A DNA stretch of 64,000 nt from Acidobacteriota bacterium (GTDB lineage: Bacteria > Acidobacteriota > Vicinamibacteria > Fen-336), in NCBI GenBank assembly GCA_011526565.1, contig WYBL01000026.1:103928-167927 (forward strand), written 5' to 3'. This document shows positions 1 through 10,140 of the stretch, in pieces. Numbering within the stretch: the first letter of the stretch is position 1; every line of letters starts with the position of its first letter. Position numbers and translations under genes: made by a program. Under the pieces are notes generated by a model that had not been told where the DNA came from, did no database searches, and saw only the letters and a list, made by a program, of their open reading frames with translations.

Positions 1-604
1 CGCGCACGCCGATCACGGGGCGCAGGTCGAGCTCGGCCGCGGCGGCCAGGATCGTGTCCAGCTCGCCCATGCGGTCCATCGTGATCACGACCCGCCGGCC
101 GAGCTTCTGGGCCAGCAGCGCCGTCTCGATGAACGCCTTGTCCTTGTACCCGTTGCACAGGATCAGCGCCTCGGGGTCGTCGTGCAGCGCGAGCGCCACG
201 AGCAGCTCGGGCTTGGACCCGGCCTCGAGCCCGAGGTGGAACGGGCGGCCGAACTCGATCAGCTCCTCGACGACGTGGCGCTGCTGGTTGACCTTGATCG
301 GGTAGACGCCGCGGAAGGCGCCCTTGTAGTCGTTCTCGACGATCGCCTGCTGGAACGCGCCGAAGAGCTGCTCGACGCGGCGGCGCAGGATGTCGGAGAA
401 GCGGATCAGCAGCGGCAGGTTGCAGCCGCGGCTTCTCAGGTCGTCGACCAGTTCCTTGAGGTCGATGGCCGCGGAACCGGGTCCGCTCGGGGTGACCTGA
501 ACGTTGCCGTTCTCGCCGATGGTGAAGAAGTCCCGGCCCCAGCCGTTGACGTTGTAAAGCTCGAGTGAGTCCCGGACCGTCCACGCGCGGAGCTCGGTCT
601 GCAA
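1..604 (-). CDS. speA: Biosynthetic arginine decarboxylase, N-terminal portion. The gene continues beyond the window start. The start codon is uncertain: a TTG near 604 or an in-frame GTG further upstream. The 3' end is truncated by the window.
   Basis: The reverse-strand translation reads ...TVRDSLELYNVNGWGRDFFTIGENGNVQVTP...VYPIKVNQQRHVVEEL...GLEAGSKPELLVALAL...CNGYKDKAFIETALLAQKLG... These match SpeA N-terminal motifs (YNIAWWG..., YPIKVNQ, GLEAGSKAEL, CNGYKD). There is an AGGAGG upstream of the TTG. Confidence 0.8.
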   Translation of the reverse strand, partial: MQTELRAWTVRDSLELYNVNGWGRDFFTIGENGNVQVTPSGPGSAAIDLKELVDDLRSRGCNLPLLIRFSDILRRRVEQLFGAFQQAIVENDYKGAFRGVYPIKVNQQRHVVEELIEFGRPFHLGLEAGSKPELLVALALHDDPEALILCNGYKDKAFIETALLAQKLGRRVVITMDRMGELDTILAAAAELDLRPVIGVR

Positions 605-674
605 TTCGCCCTGCCACCTCCTGCGCCTCGCGGCGCGCGCGGATTCTAGCGCCCGCGCTCCTGCTGTCCACACA

Positions 675-716
675 AAAACGGGCCCGGGCCGCAAATAGTT
701 CCGCGGCCCCGGCCCG
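675..716 (-). terminator. Rho-independent terminator downstream of the DsbA-like gene
   Basis: On the minus strand there is a GC-rich imperfect inverted repeat, GGGCCGGGGCCGC...GCGGCCCGGGCCC, followed by TTTTT (plus-strand AAAAA at 675-679). It lies immediately 3' of the stop at 742. Confidence 0.65.
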
Positions 717-741
717 TCACGCCGCCGTCACCGGAGGCGAT

Positions 742-1800
742 CTAGCGCGCCAGCTCCTCGTCGATGATCTGCGCGAACGCCGAGAACGGCAGCGCGCCGG
801 CGATCTTGCGGCCGTTGATGAAGAACGTCGGCGTCGAGCTGACGCCGTAGTAGGCCGCCTCCGCCAGGCTCTTGCGGATCTGCTCCTCGTAGCGCTCCGA
901 GGCGTAGCAGGCGTCGAACTTCGCGCCGTCCACGCCCTGCTTCAGGGCCAGGCCGCGGATCTCGGCGTCGGAGAGGTCGCTTGCCTCGAGCAGCAGCGCG
1001 CGGTGCAGCTCCCAGAACTTGCCCTGCTCGCCGGCGCAGTGGGACGCCTTGGAGGCGAACGGCGCGCGGGTGTGGAAGTCGAGCGGGTAGTCGAGCGAGA
1101 CCAGCCGCACCTTGCCCGCGTACTTCGCCATCACCTCGTCCACCGTCTGCTGCGCGCGCTTGCAGAACGGGCACTGGTAGTCGGTGAACTGGACGATCGT
1201 GACCCGGGCGTCGGCCGGCCCCAGGCTCGGCGCGGCCGCGGGAAGCGGGATCGCCGTGCGCGGCGGATCGAGGGCGATCTTGACGCCGTGCTTGCGGAAC
1301 AGCTCGCCCCGGTACGCCTCCATCCGCTCCTGGGCGCCGCGCTGGCGCAGGAAGCGCTCGATCTGGGGCAGCACCGCCGCCTTGGGCTGGTTGCCGAGCC
1401 GGGGGTTGTTCTTGTTCTGCTCGTAGAGCGCGTCGACCTCGGCCGCCGCCGGCGCGGGCACCTTCGCCTCGACCTCGGCCGCGAGCAGCGCCTCGCGGGT
1501 CACGCCCCGGGCCTTCGCTTCGGCGTCGATCAGCTTGTCGAGCGTCAGCTTGTCGAGGGCCATCCGCCGCAGCTCGTACTCCTTGTCGCGCAGCTCGGCG
1601 AGCGGGCCGACGATCTCCTTGTCGACGTCGGCCAGGGTGACCCGGAAGCCGGGGCCCTCGGCGACCACGGTGCTGGCGCCCGACCCGGTCGCGGGGGTGG
1701 GGGCGGCCTTCGCCTGGGGCTCGGCCGCGCAGGCGGCGGCGGCGAGGCACAGGGGGAGCAGGAGCGCGGCGGTCCGCGCGGAAGACGAGTGCAGTCGCAT
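742..1800 (-). CDS. DsbA-family thiol:disulfide oxidoreductase lipoprotein (thioredoxin fold, CPFC active site)
   Basis: The signal/lipobox-like N-terminus is LLLPLCLAAAAC. The catalytic motif is YQCPFCKR. It has the DsbA-like C-terminal region (SSTPTFFINGRKIAGALPF). Confidence 0.85.
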   Translation of the reverse strand: MRLHSSSARTAALLLPLCLAAAACAAEPQAKAAPTPATGSGASTVVAEGPGFRVTLADVDKEIVGPLAELRDKEYELRRMALDKLTLDKLIDAEAKARGVTREALLAAEVEAKVPAPAAAEVDALYEQNKNNPRLGNQPKAAVLPQIERFLRQRGAQERMEAYRGELFRKHGVKIALDPPRTAIPLPAAAPSLGPADARVTIVQFTDYQCPFCKRAQQTVDEVMAKYAGKVRLVSLDYPLDFHTRAPFASKASHCAGEQGKFWELHRALLLEASDLSDAEIRGLALKQGVDGAKFDACYASERYEEQIRKSLAEAAYYGVSSTPTFFINGRKIAGALPFSAFAQIIDEELAR

Positions 1801-1848
1801 ATCCGTTCAGCGTACACGATCGGCGGCCCGTGGCACACTCCGGGGGCC

Positions 1849-4020
1849 ATGCGCCGCCTGCTCGCCGTGGCCGCCCTGCTGGCGCTCTTCGCGCTGGCGC
1901 GCGGTCCCCTTCACCGGGCCACCTTCGCGCTGCCGGTGTCGAACGACGACGCGATCCCGCTGCTGATCGCCCGCCACCTGCTCGCGGGCGAGGCCGCCAC
2001 CATCCTGTGGAACCAGCCCTACAACGGCACCCTCGACGCGTTCCTGCTGGCGCCGCTGCTGGCCGCGCTGCCGCACCACGCCGCGTTCCGACTCTACGAG
2101 CTCCTGTGCGCCCTGGCGATGGTCGGCCTCTGCCACGCCCTCGCGCGGCGGGCGGGGGGCGAGGCCGCCGGCTGGGCCGCCGCGGCGCTGGCCGCGATCG
2201 GCACGCCCTACGCCGCGCTGATGGCCGCGACCGGGCCGACGCCGAACTTCCTGGTCCCGCTGCTGGCGGGAGTCGTCGCGCTGTTCGGCTATCGCGAGCG
2301 CGAGCGGGGCGACGCCTCGACCTCGCTCGCCGCCGGCGTCGGCCTCGTCGCCGGGCTCGCGGTGTGGGACTCGGCGCTGGCGGTGCCGCAACTCTTCGGC
2401 GCGGCCCTCGGGCTGCTGCTGCTGGGCCTGCGGCCGCGGCCGCGGGTGATCGCGGCGCTGGCGCTGGGGGCCGCTCTCGGCGCCTCGCCGCTGCTGCTCG
2501 CGCGCGCGGTCGGCGCTTCGGCGGCCAGCACCGTCACCGACACCCGCCCGCAGTGGCTGTGGGCCGACGGCCTGCGCGACCTCGGCCACGCGACGGCCGG
2601 CCTCTCCGGCCTGGAACTGGCGCTGGTGATCGACGGCCCCGAGCGCGAGACGCTGCCCTTCGCTGCGCGGGCCGCGCTGGGTGCGGGCCTGCTGGCGACG
2701 CTCGCGGCCGGCGTGACCCGTCGCAGCGGCCTGCCGCTGCTGCTCCACGCGCTGGCACTGGCCGGCGCCTTCGCGTGGTCGCGGCGCACGGGCCCCGACG
2801 AGGTGCGCTACCTCTACGGGCTGCTGGTGCCCGGCTACGCGCTGGCGGGCTGCGGCCTGGCGCGGCTCGCGGGGGCGAAGTGGACGTCGGCGCGTGGTGC
2901 AGGCGCTGTCGCCGTGGCGCTGGCCGTCGCCGCACCGTGGGTCCACGGGCACTGGCGGCTGGCCGAAGTGTGGAGCGACCCGGCGCACGCCGCGCGCGTG
3001 TGGCAGGTGCCGCCGGTCGCGCCGGCCGTCGCGGCGCTGCAGTCGGCCGGCTCGACGAGCGCCTACGCCAGCCTCCAGTTCGCGGGCCGGCTCGGCCTCG
3101 AAGGCGGCTGGGGCGTGCGCGCTTCCCAGGCGTGGAACGAACGCATCCCCGACGACCCGCTGCGCTTCCGCGACGAGGTCGACCTCGACCCCGGTGCGTC
3201 GTGGGTGCTGCACCCGCACCTCTCGCGCGGCATGCCGCGCGCGGGCGGCTTCCGCGCGCTGCTCGCGAGCCAGGGCGTGCGGGCGCGCGAGACGGCGGCT
3301 GGCGAAGTGGTCGTGTTCCACGGCTTCGAGGGGCCCTGGGACGAGCGCCGCTCGCTGCCGGCGTCGCAACTCTCCGTCGAGCCGCTGTCCGGGGGCAGTC
3401 CGCTGCCGTCCGTCGTCGACCGCGATGCCGCGAGCGGGTGGACCTCGCCGACCGGGCTCGCTCGCGGCGTGGGCCTGCGGGTGCGGCTGGCGACGCCGCA
3501 GCCGGTCGCCGCGCTGGTGCTGGTCGTGGGCCTCGACGCCGACGTCGAGGAGGTCGCCTGGAGCGCGTCCCTGCGGGCGACGGCGGAGGCCCCCGGCGAG
3601 ATCGTCGCCAGCGGTCCCGCCCGCTTCGGCCTGCGCTTCTGGAACGGCGCGCCGCGCGCGGGGCGACAGGGCGCGATCGTCGTGCCGCTCGGCGGGCGCG
3701 AGGCGGCGGCCGTCGACTGGGTCGCCCAGGCCCCCGGGCCGCCGCTCGACCTGCGCGAGGTGTTCGTGCTGGCGCCCGGAGCTCCCGTCGCCGAGGGCGG
3801 CGGGGCGCAGGCGCGGCAGGCTCTCTCGGCGGCCCGCGACGGAACCTGGCGGGCCGCGGCCTCGTCTTATGCCGAGGCAGCGCGGGAGGCCCCGGAGCGG
3901 GCGTCGTTCCACGCGGCCCGGCTGCGCGCCGAGTGGCGCGCAGGGCGCCGGCAGCGGCTCGACGTGGAATCGCTGCCCGACGGCGCGCCAGGGGAGTGGG
4001 GCAGGTCGAGGCCGGAGTGA
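1849..4020 (+). CDS. Polytopic membrane protein, ArnT/PMT-like (GT39/GT83-type) glycosyltransferase candidate, with a large C-terminal soluble domain
   Basis: There is an ATG at 1849, after which the composition becomes protein-like. There are many hydrophobic helices in the first ~400 aa (LLALFALARGPL..., LLAPLLAALPHH..., GLVAGLAVWDSALAV...). The long ORF upstream of 1849 is antisense to the DsbA-like gene and is Arg-rich. Confidence 0.55.
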   Translation: MRRLLAVAALLALFALARGPLHRATFALPVSNDDAIPLLIARHLLAGEAATILWNQPYNGTLDAFLLAPLLAALPHHAAFRLYELLCALAMVGLCHALARRAGGEAAGWAAAALAAIGTPYAALMAATGPTPNFLVPLLAGVVALFGYRERERGDASTSLAAGVGLVAGLAVWDSALAVPQLFGAALGLLLLGLRPRPRVIAALALGAALGASPLLLARAVGASAASTVTDTRPQWLWADGLRDLGHATAGLSGLELALVIDGPERETLPFAARAALGAGLLATLAAGVTRRSGLPLLLHALALAGAFAWSRRTGPDEVRYLYGLLVPGYALAGCGLARLAGAKWTSARGAGAVAVALAVAAPWVHGHWRLAEVWSDPAHAARVWQVPPVAPAVAALQSAGSTSAYASLQFAGRLGLEGGWGVRASQAWNERIPDDPLRFRDEVDLDPGASWVLHPHLSRGMPRAGGFRALLASQGVRARETAAGEVVVFHGFEGPWDERRSLPASQLSVEPLSGGSPLPSVVDRDAASGWTSPTGLARGVGLRVRLATPQPVAALVLVVGLDADVEEVAWSASLRATAEAPGEIVASGPARFGLRFWNGAPRAGRQGAIVVPLGGREAAAVDWVAQAPGPPLDLREVFVLAPGAPVAEGGGAQARQALSAARDGTWRAAASSYAEAAREAPERASFHAARLRAEWRAGRRQRLDVESLPDGAPGEWGRSRPE

Positions 4021-4577
4021 CGCTGACGACGACCGGAAACGCGCGCGGGGGACTGTTCCTCAACGCGATCGCCTTCGTGCGCGAGCACCACGGCGTCGCC
4101 GCCCACGATGCCGTCGTCCGCGCCCTGCCCGCGGAACTCGCGGGCCCGTTCCTCAACCCGCCCGGCGAGGCCGCGTGGCGGCCGCTGTCGGCCCTGGCGG
4201 CCTACATGGAGACGGCGCAGTCCCGACTGGCCCCCGGCGACGAGGAGTTCTGGCGCGGGATGGGCCGCTTCGGCGGCGCCCACGACCTGCGCGCCCGCGC
4301 GGTCGCCTGGATGCTGCAGACGATCGAGATCGCGGCGCGCATGGCGCCGATCGCGTGGCGCTCGTACTACGACGTGGGCCGCCTCGAGGTCGCGGACCGC
4401 GGCGCCGCGGGCGCCACGGTCCGCCTCCACGACTTCGCCCCGCGCCGCAGCCTCTGCGTGCGCATCCACGGCGCCCTCGAGGGTCAGATGGCCGGCCGCG
4501 TGCGGCTGCGCGAGACGCAGTGCGCGGTGCGCGGCGACGCCTGCTGCGAGTGGCGCGCCGAGTGGGGGGGCTGCTAG
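4017..4577 (+). CDS. Hypothetical protein with a C-terminal Cys cluster. Possibly a V4R/DUF2378-like small-ligand-binding domain (tentative).
   Basis: A GTG start overlaps the upstream stop (GTGA). The translation is non-repetitive: GGLFLNAIAFVREHHGV...CVRIHGALEGQMAGRVRLRETQCAVRGDACCEWRAEW. Confidence 0.45.
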   Translation: MTLTTTGNARGGLFLNAIAFVREHHGVAAHDAVVRALPAELAGPFLNPPGEAAWRPLSALAAYMETAQSRLAPGDEEFWRGMGRFGGAHDLRARAVAWMLQTIEIAARMAPIAWRSYYDVGRLEVADRGAAGATVRLHDFAPRRSLCVRIHGALEGQMAGRVRLRETQCAVRGDACCEWRAEWGGC

Positions 4578-5410
4578 GCGAGGTCGCGGCGCAGGGTCAT
4601 TCCGCCGTCGATCGTGATCACCTGGCCGGTGACGTAGCTGTCGGGCTCGAGCAGCAGGCGCACCACGCGGGCCACGTCTTCGGGGCGGCCGAAGCGGGGG
4701 ATCACGCCGCGCTCGACGAAGCGGTCGTACTTGCCGCTCTCGATCGAGGCCCGCGCCATCCCCGCGCTGGTGGCGCCGGGGGCGATCACGTTGACGCGGA
4801 TGTCGTGGGCGCCGCCCAGCTCCTTGGCGAGCAGGCGCGCCGCGTGCAGCAGCGCGGCCTTCGGGCCCGCGTAGGCGAGGCTGCCCTCGAACGGGTAGAC
4901 GCCCTGCATCGACGAGCACAGCACGATGGCGCCCCGGGTGCCCTTCGCCAGCATCGCCGCCGCGCAGGCGCGGGCCAGCAGCACGGGCGCCGCGTAGTTG
5001 AGGTCGAAGGACGCGGAGAGCGCCGCCGCGTCGAGGTCCTCGGGCTTGACGCGCGCCGGGTCGCCGGTCAGCGCCACCAGCCCGTAGATCTCGCCTTTCA
5101 CCGACAGCGCCGCGTCGAGCATCGCCTGGCGGCCCGCGGCCGTCCCCGCGTCGCCTTCGGCCAGCGTGATCGGGCCGCCGTAGAGGTCCTGCAGCTTCTG
5201 CTGCATCGCCAGCGCGTGGCCGCGCCGGCTGCGGTAGCCGACGACGGGCATCGCGCCCTCGCGCAGCAGCAGCGCGGTGATCGCGGCGCCGAGGCCGCCG
5301 AAGCCCCCGGGCACCAGCACGACGCGGCCGGCGAGGCCGCGGGTCGTGAAGTCGTAGCGGTGCTCGGCCTGGCGGCGGACGTCTTCGGGATCGAGGAACT
5401 GCGACGGCAT
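4574..5410 (-). CDS. Short-chain dehydrogenase/reductase (SDR) family oxidoreductase
   Basis: The Rossmann glycine motif is VLVPGGFGGLGAAI. The catalytic region is SLAYAGPKAALLHAARLLAKE (YxxxK). It has the SDR C-terminal GQVITIDGG. Confidence 0.85.
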   Translation of the reverse strand: MPSQFLDPEDVRRQAEHRYDFTTRGLAGRVVLVPGGFGGLGAAITALLLREGAMPVVGYRSRRGHALAMQQKLQDLYGGPITLAEGDAGTAAGRQAMLDAALSVKGEIYGLVALTGDPARVKPEDLDAAALSASFDLNYAAPVLLARACAAAMLAKGTRGAIVLCSSMQGVYPFEGSLAYAGPKAALLHAARLLAKELGGAHDIRVNVIAPGATSAGMARASIESGKYDRFVERGVIPRFGRPEDVARVVRLLLEPDSYVTGQVITIDGGMTLRRDLA

Positions 5411-5414
5411 CGGG

Positions 5415-6122
5415 TCAGGCCTCCGCGGCGAGGGCGTGCAGGTCGGCGAGGGTGACCCGTTCGAGCGAGTCGACGACGCGCTGGGCCAGGCCCAGCTTCG
5501 GGGCCGGGCACGAGTTGGTGACGGCGACGACGCTCATTCCGGCCGCGCGGGCCGAGGCCACGCCGCCGACCGAGTCCTCGAAGGCGACGCACTCGCGCGA
5601 CGAGAGGCCGGCGGCGCGCGCCGCCGCGAGCCGGTCGCGGGCCGCGAGGAACGGCATCGGGTCGGGCTTCGTGCGCTCCACGTCGTCGGCGCCGCCGACG
5701 GCCGAGAACGCGTCGCGCAACCCGCCGGCGGTCAGGATCGCCTCGATCTCGCCGCGCAGGGCGCCGGAGGCGATCGCCAGCGGCAGCGCCCCGGCGAGGT
5801 CGCGCACCAGCTCGCGGGCACCGGGGAAGAAGCGGATCTCCGGCAGCCGCTGCTGGAACAGCAGCGCCTTGCGCTCCGACGTGGCCTCGAGCCGGGCGCG
5901 GTCGAAGGGCACGGCGTGGCGCTCGAACGCGACCCGGATCGCGGTGCGGTCGTCGTAGGCGAGGTAGACCTGCTCGTACTCCGTCTCGTCGACGGCGATG
6001 CCCTCGGGCGCCAGCGCGTCGCGCAGGCAGGCGAAGTGCAGCGGCTCGGAGTCCACGAGCACTCCGTCGAAGTCGAAGATCACGGCCCGCAACGCCGCCA
6101 CCCGGGTATCCTCCCCGCGCAA
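5415..6122 (-). CDS. HAD-superfamily hydrolase (beta-phosphoglucomutase/phosphatase-like)
   Basis: The HAD motifs are present: motif I VIFDFDGVLVDSEP, motif II LAIASGA, and motif IV ...VAFEDSVGGVASARAAGMSVVAV. Confidence 0.85.
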   Translation of the reverse strand: MRGEDTRVAALRAVIFDFDGVLVDSEPLHFACLRDALAPEGIAVDETEYEQVYLAYDDRTAIRVAFERHAVPFDRARLEATSERKALLFQQRLPEIRFFPGARELVRDLAGALPLAIASGALRGEIEAILTAGGLRDAFSAVGGADDVERTKPDPMPFLAARDRLAAARAAGLSSRECVAFEDSVGGVASARAAGMSVVAVTNSCPAPKLGLAQRVVDSLERVTLADLHALAAEA

Positions 6123-6154
6123 AAGAACGATTCTATCTGGAGGCGCCGCGCTGC

Positions 6155-7312
<1,158 letters not shown>

Positions 7313-7505
7313 CGGGCCTTGAGCGCCGCCGCGTGGCCGGCGTACTCGCGCAGCGGGATCAGGCCGCGCTGCTGGCGGGCCTTGAGCGCGCGCACGTCCT
7401 CCATGTAGCGGTCGTAGAGCCGGCCCTGCAGCTCGCGCGGCGACTCGCCGGGCGCCGGCTCGACGCCGTGGGCGCGGAGCTGCGCCACCACGTCGGCGCG
7501 CAGCG

Positions 7506-7808
7506 TCATGCTCGCGACGCCGGGCGGCGCCGCCGCCGCACGCGGGTGTCGATCAGGTCACCGAGCGGGGCGCCCTGCGCGAGAGCGAGCTTGGCGGCGC
7601 GCGGCAGCCGCTTGATCCGCGCCTCGAACGTCAGCGCGCGGGGAAAGGTGCGCACGGCGTGCGACCAGGCGAGTGCCACCGGCAGCCGGGCCCGGGTGTA
7701 CTTCGCGCCGCGGCCGGCCTGGTGCAGCGCGACGCGCGCCGCCAGGTCGCGCGCCGCTCCCGCGTAGAGCGAGCCGTCGGCGCAGCGCAGCAGGTAGACG
7801 AACGCCAC
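7506..7808 (-). CDS. GIY-YIG nuclease-domain protein (UPF0213-like)
   Basis: VYLLRCADGSLYAGAARDLAARVALHQAGRGAKYTRARLPVALAWSH...FEARIKRL matches the GIY-YIG small endonuclease motif family. Confidence 0.8.
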   Translation of the reverse strand: MAFVYLLRCADGSLYAGAARDLAARVALHQAGRGAKYTRARLPVALAWSHAVRTFPRALTFEARIKRLPRAAKLALAQGAPLGDLIDTRVRRRRRPASRA

Positions 7809-7809
7809 G

Positions 7810-8352
7810 TCACCACTTGTGCTCGGGGCGGTCCAGGCGGTGGTTCGCGTGGCGGGCCAGGACGAACAGCAGGTCGGCCAGGCGGTTCAGGTAGACGATC
7901 AGCAGCGGGTCGACGTGGGCCTGCCGCGACAGCCGCACGACCGCGCGCTCCGCCCGCCGGCACACGGTGCGCGCGAGGTGCAGGTGGGCGCCGAGCCGGG
8001 AGCCGCCGGGCAGGATGAAGGCCCGCAGCGGCGGCAGCTCGGCCTCGTGCTCGTCGATCGCGTCCTCGATCGCCTTGACGTGGGTGTCGGTGATCGCGGC
8101 CTTCTGCTTCTTCTCCGCGATCCGCTCCTTGGGGTCGGCGAGCCGGGCGCCGAGCGCGAACAGGTCGCGCTGCACCTCGTGCAGCAGCGCGTCGAGCGCG
8201 GGGCCCGCCTCTTCGGCCCGGGCCAGGCCCAGCACCGAGTTGAGCTCGTCGACGTCCCCGTAGGCCGAGACCCGCAGGTCGTCCTTGCCCACCCGCGAAC
8301 CGTCGATCAGCCCGGTGTCGCCGGCATCGCCCGTCTTCGTGTAGATCTTCAC
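7810..8352 (-). CDS. pduO: PduO-type ATP:cob(I)alamin adenosyltransferase (MMAB family)
   Basis: The GTG-start N-terminus VKIYTKTGDAGDTGLIDGSRVGKDD is the hallmark of the family. The conserved C-terminus is LRAFILPGGSRLGAHLHLARTVCRRAERAVV. Confidence 0.85.
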   Translation of the reverse strand: MKIYTKTGDAGDTGLIDGSRVGKDDLRVSAYGDVDELNSVLGLARAEEAGPALDALLHEVQRDLFALGARLADPKERIAEKKQKAAITDTHVKAIEDAIDEHEAELPPLRAFILPGGSRLGAHLHLARTVCRRAERAVVRLSRQAHVDPLLIVYLNRLADLLFVLARHANHRLDRPEHKW

Positions 8353-9205
8353 TCCCCGAGTCTCCACCGGATTCCGCCGTTGATCACGCGGCCCTCGAGC
8401 GGGGCCCAGGCGTCCACCGTCCAGCGGCCGTCGACGGCGCGCGCGGGCCGCAGCAGCGGGTCCCACCCGGTCTGCCGCACGTTCGTCAGGTTCTCGCCGT
8501 TGACGAAGACGCTGACTCGGCCGAGACGACGCTCGGCCAGCAGGCCGATCACCACGTAGGGCTCGCTGCGCGCCCGGTACCGTCGCCGTCGACGTCCTGT
8601 TGCGACTGGCGGTGGCCGCCGGCCAGCAGCGTCGCCCCCGAGCGCTCGCCGAGCGGGCCCGAGAGCCACAGCACGCCGTCGCTGGCGTCGCGCGTCGACT
8701 GGTTGAGCAGCAGCTCGCGCGCGGCCTCGTCGCCGGGGCGGCGCGAGAGCAGGTTGACGACGCCGCCCATGGCACCGCCGCCGTAGAGCGCGGAGGCGAC
8801 TCCCTTGACCACCTCGACCTGGCCGAGGTCCATCGGCGGCACCTGCAGCAGGCCGAGGCCACCGGGAGCCATGCCGTGCAGCGGCAGGCCGTCGGCGAGG
8901 AAGCGGGTGTAGCGGCCGCGCAGGCCCTGGACGCGGATGCTGGCGGCGCCCAGCGAAGGCGAGGTCGCCTGCACGCGCAGGCCGCCCATCTCGTTGAGCA
9001 TCATGACCACGTCGCCCGGGGTCATGAGCATCTTCTCCTCGATCTCCTCGCGGGAGAGCACCTCGACCCGCAGCGGCTCCACCACCACCTCTTCTTCGTG
9101 GTGGATCGGCTCGGCGGGCTCGGGGCTCGGGGCGGGCTTCGGTTCGTCGGCCGCGAGGCCCGCCGCGACCGCGAGGGGCAGGGCAACGAGGAGCAGCGAC
9201 CTCAA
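8349..9205 (-). pseudogene. TonB-dependent receptor remnant: signal peptide plus plug domain joined by a frame shift to only the last barrel strands
   Basis: One frame (ending 8549) encodes LRSLLLVALPLAVAAGLAA...LSREEIEEK...GGLRVQATSPSLGAASIRVQGLRGRYTRFLADGLPLHG...VEVVKGVASALYGGGAMGGVVNL, i.e. plug-domain motifs. A second frame (8349..8669) encodes ...VSVFVNGENLTNV...DGRWTVDAWAPLEGRVINGGIRWRL, a TBDR C-terminal-like sequence. Together these total about 280 aa, against more than 650 aa for an intact receptor. Confidence 0.5.
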
Positions 9206-10128
9206 GGGGCGAAGGGGAGGTCGACGACTTCGGCGGCCGCGCCTGCGACTTCGACCCGGGTCCCGGGGGCGAAGTGGTTGCGGTGCACGTAGCCCAGCGC
9301 GATCGGCCCCAGCCGCGGCGAGACCGCGGCCGTCGTCACCCGCCCCACCTCGGCTCCGGCCACGGTGATCGTCGCCCCGGCCGTCGCCGCGGCGCCCAGG
9401 CGCAGGCCGCGAATCGCCTTGTTGACGTGGCCGCCGCGGCCCTCGAGGCGGGCGACCACCTCCTGGCCGACGTAGCAGCCCTTCGAGGCCGAGTGCAGTT
9501 CGTTCAGCAGGCCCGTCTCGTGGAGCAGGTTGTCTTCGGTGACGTCCACGCCGTACCACGGCCGGCCGGCCTCGACCCGGGCGAGGTCGAACGCCTCGCG
9601 CGACAGCGGCGCCGCGCCGGCCGCGGCGAGGGCCGTCGTCAGGGCCGCTTCGCCCTCGGGCTCGACGTGGAGGACGAAGCTGCCCCCGGGGATGTCGCCG
9701 GCGCGGGCGACGCGCACCGCCTGCTCGCCCAGGGTCGTGCGGGCATGGCGCTCTGCTCCGGACTCCGGGACCGCGAGCCCGGCCGCGCGCAGCACGTCCT
9801 CGGCGCCGGCCCCGAGCAGCGCCAGCACGCGTGTCGCGGGCCGCGCGAAGCGCACCGGGGCGGCCACCTTGTAGTGGTTGAACAGGGCCTCGAGCCGCTC
9901 GGCGCGGTCGGCCGGCACCTCGAGCACGACCGGGTTCTCCTCGACCAGCACCCGCAGCAGCGCGAGCAGCTTGCCCTTGACGTCCATCAGCGCGGCCCGC
10001 CGGCCATGGCCGGGCGCGAGACCCGCGACGTCGTTCGACAGCAGCCCGTGCAGGAACTTCACGCGCTGGGGGCCGGTGGCGAGGATCAGCGAGCGCTCGG
10101 GGAGCGCGAGGTAGGTGGCGTCCTTCAT
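9202..10128 (-). CDS. ygfZ: Folate-binding YgfZ/CAF17-family protein (aminomethyltransferase/GcvT-like fold)
   Basis: It has GcvT-like motifs. These are LSNDVAGLAPGHGRRAALMDVKGKLL, the KGCYVGQEVVARL signature near the C-terminus, and GRVTTAAVSPRLGPIALGYV. Confidence 0.75.
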   Translation of the reverse strand: MKDATYLALPERSLILATGPQRVKFLHGLLSNDVAGLAPGHGRRAALMDVKGKLLALLRVLVEENPVVLEVPADRAERLEALFNHYKVAAPVRFARPATRVLALLGAGAEDVLRAAGLAVPESGAERHARTTLGEQAVRVARAGDIPGGSFVLHVEPEGEAALTTALAAAGAAPLSREAFDLARVEAGRPWYGVDVTEDNLLHETGLLNELHSASKGCYVGQEVVARLEGRGGHVNKAIRGLRLGAAATAGATITVAGAEVGRVTTAAVSPRLGPIALGYVHRNHFAPGTRVEVAGAAAEVVDLPFAP

Positions 10129-10140
10129 CGTCGTCGGGGA

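Noticed and set aside
565-1848. 5' 1.3 kb of the 1151-aa plus-strand ORF 565..4020
   Set aside because: It is Arg/Ala/Gly-rich and is exactly antisense to the confidently called DsbA-like gene. Protein-like composition only begins at the ATG at 1849.
1807-4156. Long minus-strand ORFs 1807..3912 (701 aa) and 2534..4156 (540 aa)
   Set aside because: They are extreme Arg/Pro/Gly composition, antisense to the membrane-protein gene. This is a typical high-GC frame artefact.
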